Below are positions 56,501-64,000 of a stretch of DNA of 64,000 nt, piece after piece. Position 1 is the stretch's first letter; every line of letters starts with the position of its first letter. The notes beneath the pieces were generated by a model. That model was given only the letters and a program-made list of their open reading frames with translations. It was not told where the DNA came from and did not search any database. A program made the translations under genes and the position numbers. Source of the DNA: Antedon mediterranea. Lineage: Eukaryota; Animalia; Echinodermata. The DNA is taken from positions 7,564,001 to 7,628,000 of the forward strand of contig NC_092671.1 of NCBI RefSeq assembly GCF_964355755.1, in the 5' to 3' direction.

Positions 56501-58980
56501 ATACAGTATCAAATTTCACTATATATATAAAAAAACGTAATTGAGTTATTACACTCAGATTTAAAAGATAAATGCCGAGTAAAAACGGGACCAGCGGTCC
56601 TACTCTTACTTAGCCTATACTGGACGACTAAGGAGGTACCCTAGTATAATCCCACCAAGTGACTCCCAGGAGCAATCCGCCGTTTTCTCACAAATACAGT
56701 ATCAAATTTCACTATATATATAAAAAAACGTAATTGAGTTATTACACTCAGATTTAAAAGATAAATGCCGAGTAAAAACGGGACCAGCGGTCCTACTCTT
56801 ACTTAGCCTATACTGGACGACTAAGGAGGTACCCTAGTATAATCCCACCAAGTGACTCCCAGGAGCAATCCGCCGTTTTCTCACAAATACAGTATCAAAT
56901 TTCACTATATATATAAAAAAACGTAATTGAGTTATTACACTCAGATTTAAAAGATAAATGCCGAGTAAAAACGGGACCAGCGGTCCTACTCTTACTTAGC
57001 CTATACTGGACGACTAAGGAGGTACCCTAGTATAATCCCACCAAAGTGACTCCCAGGAGCAATCCGCCGTTTTCTCACAAATATTTATTTTCTAATACCA
57101 TAAAAACCATAAATAAGACATGGCTTGACACAGGCCTTCAATGATCGATTATGTTGTTAATCCCCAGGACTGGACACAGAGTGGTTTTAAAATACTATGC
57201 TGCCCTCAACGTTTATATGTAGTTAGACTGTACGCCAATTTTTGTCCTTACGTCAATTGTTGTCCTTACGGCAATTTTGTCCTTACGGCAATTTTTGTCC
57301 TTACGCCAATTTTTGTCCTTACGCCAATTTTTGTCCTTACGCCAATTTAACCATACGGCAATTTGTTCATATGGCAATGTGTGTGTGTGTCCGTACGGCA
57401 ATATTTGTTTGTCACTCGAGGAATTATGTCTTTAACGCCATTAGTTTGCCTTACGGGAGCGGAATTGTTCGTACGGCAAAGTTTGTCTATTTTGGCCCTA
57501 ATGGCCGCCCATAATTTGAGGGTTAGGAAGTGGAGTTGAAAGAGTCGTGAGTTATAACCCTGACACTAGGTCAGGATTGAACCCTTTGGATTGGAGGGCA
57601 AGCATGTTAACTACCAAGCAAGTGTGTGTGGAACTCTTTCATGGTTTTATGAACAATGTTATGTTATGAAGACACAATGCATAATACTTTCATAACAAAA
57701 CTGTCCTAAATAAATTAATAAATAAATTAATAAATAATAATAAATAAATTAATTCCAAGTTTCCAATGTAAACGATACTGGTACGAGTCCCGGTACGAGT
57801 ATACTAAGAACTTTGGATGAATGAAATTGTTGTGAAGTTGAATTTATCCTACTGCAACATACCTGACGCTATTTTAATAGTCTTGTCGTCAACCCAAACA
57901 CAAATTAGTTCATTCATGATATCCTTTCTGGCAGCTACATCTAAACTCTTCTGAGATGCATCCAACCCGTCAATGTTTCGATAACCGAGTTTAGAAAGCT
58001 ACAAATAACAGAATATACTTACCACGCACAGTACGTTAAAGACAATTAAATATTTAATTGATTGATTTCACAGACTCCCAGCATAACATAAGATAATTTG
58101 GCCAAGGACTCTTGAATAATGTATATATCATACTATAAATCTACTGTTTGTTAATAATTGTATAAAAGTATTTCCTATTTATGCAATTTTGTAAATTTAC
58201 AAAACCGTATTAACATATAGAGAAATGATTTCTGATTGGCCTTTTCGGATGTTCTGCTTAGCTCTGTATCATGAAAATTCCGTAATACAGTATCTCATGT
58301 TTTTCACATTTATCGCACAGTTGTATGTAATGTTTTAATAGGCCTAAACATACCTCACCCGCTACTCTCCCAGTACCACAAGCAAAATCCAGAATACGTG
58401 CATCGGTGTTTGGCAAGTAAGATGACAGTATACTTGCAGATTTTACTGGGCCATTGTAGCCACTACTTATTTGATTCTATGCAAAATATTGTTTAAATAC
58501 CAAGTTTAAAGAATAGTTTATAATTCGGATTGTATCTTTGGTTGTAAACTCAGTACTGTAGGCATGTAACAACTTAGAAATCGCCAAGAGTAGGCCTATT
58601 CTCATTTTTTAATTTTTTTTTCTAGTTATTTTTTGAGAGAATAATTATGTAGGTGTGAGTTGGGAAAATGGTTCTTATAGAAAAACGTGAAACAATAAAC
58701 AGTACACCCGGCGGGGTTGGAACCCATTGAGATTCAATCGTCCAGATTGGCTTTGGTAGACAATCTAAGAAGGTGAGGGTTATTGTGGTGAATAACTTAT
58801 CCATTTATTTATCCACTAGTTTGTCGTACAATATTTATATATATACTTATATGTTTATGTTCGTACCTCATCAAATGTTTCGGCCCATTCGTCGTAGAAT
58901 TTAACATTGTCTTCAGGCTCGGTAACTACTGACGTCACATGGTGTAGTTTTTCTTTTGCTTGAGACTGAGAGGTCATCAT
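53563..58980 (-). CDS. METTL27: METTL27/WBSCR27-like class I SAM-dependent methyltransferase, copy A, 217 aa
   Basis: Exons 58980-58867 (..KFYDEWAETFDE), 58476-58354 (..ARILDFACGTGRVAGE, motif I), 57998-57863 (..NIDGLDASQKSL..), 54599-54507 (YDGLICVGGFVPGHL..WIRIVKP) and 53750-53563 (GGVIVNVLR..HKVL*) total 654 nt, phase-consistent. A possible non-coding exon donor lies near 59353. Confidence 0.88.
55460..55765. repeat. 106-bp tandem repeat, ~3 copies
   Basis: ttaatgtacgat recurs at 55499, 55605 and 55711. Confidence 0.85.
55785..57082. repeat. Satellite-like tandem array, ~181-193-bp unit, ~6.7 copies
   Basis: Units start (aaaagat) at 55785, 55970, 56151, 56375, 56563, 56756 and 56949. Unit 3 is lengthened by a 45-bp insertion. 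Confidence 0.92.
56238..56275. mobile_element. 38-bp CATGG...CCATG palindromic insert with 7-bp TSD (CACCAAG)
   Basis: Present only in unit 3 of the array; sister units show the empty site with a single CACCAAG. Confidence 0.85.
57520..57625 (-). mobile_element. Degenerate tRNA-derived SINE head (related sequence at ~47045-47120)
   Basis: Minus strand gcttggtagttaacatgcttg...gggttcaatcct has A/B-box-like spacing. Confidence 0.45.
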
Positions 58981-59830
58981 TAGGACAATCAACGATAATG
59001 TCTAATCTAATTAGTAACCTATGTGTATGGGTATAATGATTAAATTAAAACAAAATAATATACTTATTTTACATTCTTCTCATGGTGTCGATGTGGAACT
59101 GTTGAATCACAGAATTTATTATTTAAATATTATTATAATTATTCTGCCTTATGTAGAACAAACCGGAAAAGGAATTCGTTTTTGCCAGTGGCTATCCGAC
59201 TCCTTAAATTGTTGAACCTTGACTCTTTTTTTTTGTACTGTGTATTGTGTCGACCTTGATTTATCAGGATGTGTCCAGTTGATAATTCTCGTCTATATTT
59301 TTTAATATAAATATATTTATTTTATAAAAAGAATAACAACATTTTAAACTTACCCTGGACTGAACGGTGCTCAGTAACAATTAGAATATAACTATTATAC
59401 TACTGTAACTTTAAGTGGGCTCACTCCGATCTACCGGGCACAGCTCCGCAAGCCGAATAGAAGCATTCACAGTGATTAATATCACAATCCTTCAGGAAAA
59501 ATATTTCACGCTTCAAATGTCAAATTAGAATGACAATTATAGGCCTACAATCATTGATTGAAGGCCTATTGTCATAGGCTACAATACAAATTTTTGATAT
59601 CGTTTTAATAGAATTATTATAGGGGATGCACAGGTATTTGGTATAATCAGTGGGCTCTAAAATAATACATATGTGTAATGCAAGTAGAGCAGATATCTTC
59701 AAAAGGGACACTGTATTGCCTGCTTTCAGTCACCTTTAGGGTAAAAGCTATTATTTTAACATCTCTCTTGTGTATAAAAAAAAACAAAACAGTGACTGAA
59801 GAGTTTTACTGGATGCTCTATTATCCATAT

Positions 59831-60465
59831 CAACATGGCGGCTGAAATAGAATATTTACAACTTTAATAACAATATATTTGGAATCCTCAGTATCACAAA
59901 CATAGGTACTGTATAGACATCATTTCTAACCTACTATGTTATTTATATGTCAAGTTATAAGCCAAAATACGTTTTAAATGGCGACCATCTTGAATTCCAA
60001 CATGGAGGCTGAAATTGAATATTTACAACTTTAATAACAATATATTTGGAATCCTCAGTATCACAAACATAGGTATAGAAACTATTTTTAACTTGCTATG
60101 TTAATTAAAAGTCAAATTATAAGCCAAAATACGTTTAAAATGGCGGCCATCTTGGATTTCAACATGGCGGCTGAAATAGAATATTTTCAACTTTAATAAC
60201 AATATAGTTGGAATCTTCACTATCACAAACATAGGTATAGACACCATTTTTAACTTGCTACGTCACAAGTCAAGTTATAAGCCAAAATAAGTCAGAAATG
60301 GCGGCCATTTTGTTTTTCACATTTTAAGGGTGAAGATCTAAAAATTGAGCTGGGTAAACAGCAAATTTGAATTCAGCACCCCAAAATTACCCTAAAACAC
60401 ATGTTTATTCGCTTTTAACACAAAATGCCTACAGCATTTCATTTTTCTCAAATCTGGACTAGTCT
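59831..60465. repeat. ~165-bp tandem units (x3) inside a probable Helitron/Helentron-related element
   Basis: caacatgg(c/a)ggctgaaat recurs at 59831, 59998 and 60160, with aaaatggcggccatcttg motifs; ends ...atctggactagt. Confidence 0.7.
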
Positions 60466-61312
60466 AAAAACAAGGAATTCTATTCAGAATGGAATGTGAT
60501 ATAGTGTATAAATAAAAGAGAGGAAAGCATAAAAAATGGGAAAAAGTAAAAAATATTATTTTAGCAATGTAAAATTGTATAATAACAGGCTAAAAACTCG
60601 AGAAAATATTATTACGACACAATACTTAGTATTCTAGTATGGTTTCTACCTTACTAGTTTTATTTACTGGTGCTATATTATGAGTTACAGTATATTTTAT
60701 TTTGTGATGTTGTAATGGCAATTGTGAACCTATATTATGTGATGTATATTTTTATATAACTTTTGTCTATTTTTTAAATGCTTTAACTTTTTATATATGT
60801 AAAATACTAAAAATAAGAAAAACAAAAAAAAACTTTAAAGCTGCAGAGATAGTTTTCTACTGAAACAAAATTGATATAGATTATTGTAACAATTGTAAAG
60901 AATGAAATAAAAGTGAGTGAATCTCACAAAAGACAAAACAAAATTGCACCATAAAGGTCAAAAGTTAAAAATGGTACTTCCTGTAATTTTTTTCAGAAAT
61001 ACTTTCTTAGAGTAAATATAATTGTTTATGTTCTGAACATTTTGAGCTAAAATTCAACTCTCTATGTCCAGTAATTTCAGAGATATTGAGTGTTTAAGCG
61101 AAAATGTCCGCCATTTTAAATTATGCAAATTAAGTGACCCAATTGAATCATTTTGCTTGATGCCCATCAAAAATTGAATTCGTATATGATGGGCAACCTG
61201 TATACCAAATTGGGTGTTTTTGGAAAAAACTGAACCAAAATATCCACATGCTAGTTATATTTAGTTGTTTATTGTGCTAATTTAAGGCCAACAAAAGATA
61301 TGTTAGTGTCAC

Positions 61313-61337
61313 CATGGAGGTATTTTTTACCTCCATG
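61313..61337. mobile_element. 25-bp CATGG...CCATG palindromic insert with 7-bp TSD (GTGTCAC)
   Basis: GTGTCAC-CATGGAGGTA-ttttt-TACCTCCATG-GTGTCAC. Confidence 0.8.
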
Positions 61338-62280
61338 GTGTCACGTCCTATTAGAGAAGCATGACTTTAAAAAAAAATATTTTTGTAAAATTTATTTATT
61401 GTTCATTCAATTTTCTATCAAACTCATCACGATCGTCATATGTTTCACGGTATATACACTGATACTGTAAAAAATACTGTAAAATCAAATCCTGCAGGTT
61501 AAACTATTTCTTTTTAGCTTACAAGATAATACAATTTAATTAGATTTACACAAATAATACATTTTTCATATGTATTTATTATCTAACATGACTTTTAAAT
61601 AATTAATAAGGAAGAAGGTTTAATTATCTATAAAATAAAGTATTTAATGAGTTACATCCGAAAATAGAGTACTGTACCTGTATCTTACTTAAATAGCTCC
61701 CTCAACTTCACAATTTCACTAAACAATATTAAATCCCTGCTACAAAGTACCCAAACGTAATTGTTAATAACTTATGTTTGCCTACTCACAAGCACATGTA
61801 GTTTATACATTATTTCTAGTATATATTGGGACAGTTTTTTTGCATATCTGAAAAAAAAAATAATTATGGCTTCTTGCCTTAATTAACATAATAAATATCG
61901 TATATCACAGATTTTGCTGATTTTTTTGCTAAAATTCTGCCTTTTTGCTTAAAAAAAGTAATTTAATTTCAATAAAGTTGAAATAAAAATATTTTATTGA
62001 ATAGATAATTTAATTAGCTATTAATCAACATTAATGTCAACAAAATACATCAAATATTTATTAAGTTATGAACAATAAAGTGCATCACTATAAAATGGCG
62101 GCCATTTTTGCCGCCATCTTGGATTTCAAGGTGGCCGCAGTAAATTTGCAACGGCACACCTCGTGATTATTGTGTCTAAGGGTATTAGCTAATAAAAAAA
62201 GTTGGTGTGCTGAGTGTGTAGAAACATGGCAATGGGACATGTTAACGAAGCATCATTTTGGCACTTGGACCTCCGCTTAA

Positions 62281-62638
62281 TATATAAATTTACGTAAGGC
62301 CAAAATTCGGTAAATCGCCCGTTATTTCTAGAATGTTTACTCGATGGTATATAAAGCTAGTTAGAATCTCGGTACTGATTTTAACCACCTGATGTAACCC
62401 TGTTTACTAATTAAATTGAGTTAGATAATTAGTTATTGACAATTAAAACGAATTTAGGTTCAACGATTTGCCCCAAATAGGGGTGTTTTTCGATCGTGGT
62501 ATACACTGTCTAATGGATGTTCTCTTTAAAAATACCTGCACACAATAATACGAAGATGCTTCGCATTTTCCTATCTCCTCCTACGATAATTGTTTTTAAT
62601 AGCTGAAAACCGGTTGAACAGCTCGAGTACAGTATCAT
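62281..62638. repeat. Inverted copy of the 43583-43942 repeat
   Basis: Reverse-complement match throughout. Confidence 0.9.
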
Positions 62639-63059
62639 ATTTTAACTGCCATTTGTCACTATACCTCCTCTATAAACCATAATAATTATTCTCTCGAAAA
62701 GCTAGGTCTAAGTCGAGGTGCATAATATGTTATTGCAACAATAAAAATATCTGTACATTTTGGATCCTCTATGCGCCCAAATACTTTTTTTTTTGTCGCT
62801 CGGTCTCCATATTAGCATTCACATCAAGTGTGTATGTATGCGTTCAAAATAAGCTTGTCGATAATCAAATCACCAATTTTTAACAATAATACTGAAAGTA
62901 GGCCTAAGTTTAAAAAATGCAAATTTTATTATATCTAAATATTATATTGTAGTCCTATAAAATATATACTTAGTATACTACACACAGTAATTAATTATAC
63001 AAAATACTACAGACAAGACAAAACATGCTTCATGAAAACATCGAGATATAAGGGAGAAT

Positions 63060-64000
63060 CTATAATACTTTATGAATAAACACTGCCATCGTCCATGTTT
63101 TATCTCCACCTCCTTCAAATTCATCTCTTTTAATTAGTTCCCATTTCATCGAACGCTCTAGTTTTTTCACGTCATCTTCTAATTGATTGTTTGCATATGG
63201 CGGATACTCGTCTATCCATTGTTGCCTCAATACGTTGACAATTATACCACCTTAAAATACAGAAATGGAAAATATGGTTTAGCGCAAGTGGAATTGTTCT
63301 ATTGAAGTTACCATACTCCTATGCCTAACAGCCGAACTAAATAAAAAAACGAAAAATCGTTAGGCCTACTGTACGAATAAAGTATACTATTATATTATAG
63401 AAACATTTTCTTCTGACGAAACTGTCTTCAAACGTAAGATATTAGTTATACTGGTTTACAGTCAATGAACCACCATATCATAGGCCTACCATTATTATAT
63501 TGTTACGTACTAATTGTGCTTTACCGTCAGTTGGGCAGTCAAGATAACTTACCTGGTTTAACTATCCGAATCCATTCATCAAAACAATCTGAATGAAGTT
63601 GGCCTGGCATAAAACCTCCAACGCACACAAGCCCATCGTAGCTATCTGGATGAAAACAGAAAACATGCAGATATAAGTTCACATTACAATTAGAATTTTA
63701 TATAATACTTCTTTTGGCAGGGTATCACGTCCTCGTCCTTCTGATGGGACGTTCAGAAGAGGCGTTATTGGCGGACGGGCCTATATCATGGTCGAATGTT
63801 TGGAGGGCTGTGTTTATGAATACGTTTCACAACGCATTTAATTAATAATTACTTGCAAAATGTGTAGATTATTGAGGCTATGTCTGGAAATAAACTTGTT
63901 CGCAGTCCGTCTAGGGTAGGCCTTACGTACGGCGGATACCTGGCATAACTGATCGGTTTACCTGAGGCTATTTTAAGGGTCTTGTCGTCAACCCAAACAC
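63060..64000 (-). CDS. METTL27: METTL27-like methyltransferase, tandem copy B (5'-partial, runs off the window)
   Basis: Exons >64000-63962 (VWVDDKTLKIAS), 63645-63553 (SYDGLVCVGGFMPGQLHSDCFDEWIRIVKP) and 63250-63060 (GGIIVNVLRQQW..HKVL*). Same exon boundaries as copy A, intact frame, one extra codon in the last exon. Confidence 0.88.

Larger units (their letters stand above)
54784..57513. mobile_element. Composite foldback-type DNA element with ~330-350-bp TIRs, 6-bp TSD and internal tandem arrays
   Basis: 54784-55109 and 57165-57513 are reverse complements; ATTTGA at 54778-54783 and 57514-57519. The TIRs contain 18-bp subrepeats (ttggcgtaaggacaaaaa). Confidence 0.75.

Noticed and set aside
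55785-57082. CRISPR-like array or prokaryotic signals (TAAGGAGGT and TATAAT occur in each unit)
   Set aside because: Units are repeated in full with no unique spacers, there are no cas genes and no downstream ORFs, and the array sits in a eukaryotic intron. The motif matches are probably coincidental.
55785-57082. Hammerhead or twister ribozyme multimers
   Set aside because: By eye, neither strand shows the CUGAnGA...GAAA hammerhead core or a complete twister consensus in the right stem context; an Rfam scan would be needed to be sure.
54693-57514. Short ORFs in the inverted arms as a transposase
   Set aside because: They are short periodic peptides from 18-bp subrepeats, with no DDE or zinc-finger motif.

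Overview
AT-rich, intron-rich animal genomic DNA. It is probably from an invertebrate deuterostome such as an echinoderm; this is an inference from vertebrate-like exon structure and TAGGCCTA-rich first introns. Six spliced or partial protein-coding genes were reconstructed by hand with consistent splice phases: (1) the 3' half of a poly(rC)-binding KH protein gene (PCBP family, +), apparently with two alternative C-termini; (2) a POGZ/ZNF280-like C2H2 zinc-finger gene with a single coding exon and no pogo transposase domain (+); (3) centrin-3 (-), complete at 167 aa, with a GC-AG intron; (4) FBXL2/FBXL20 (+), 13 coding exons, ~433 aa, head-to-head with centrin-3; (5, 6) two tandem METTL27/WBSCR27-like methyltransferases (-), the second running off the window. 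Non-coding DNA is full of non-autonomous DNA transposons (Harbinger-, Tc1-, Kolobok- and Helitron-like MITEs), tRNA-derived SINEs and tandem repeats. The most notable oddities are two tiny CATGG...CCATG palindromes flanked by perfect 7-bp duplications (candidate P/Galileo-type excision footprints), a 2.7-kb long-TIR element with a 6-bp TSD carrying satellite arrays, and a PCBP gene encoding both PCBP2/3-like and PCBP4-like tails. Family assignments come from recognition and recall of protein and repeat motifs, not from database searches.
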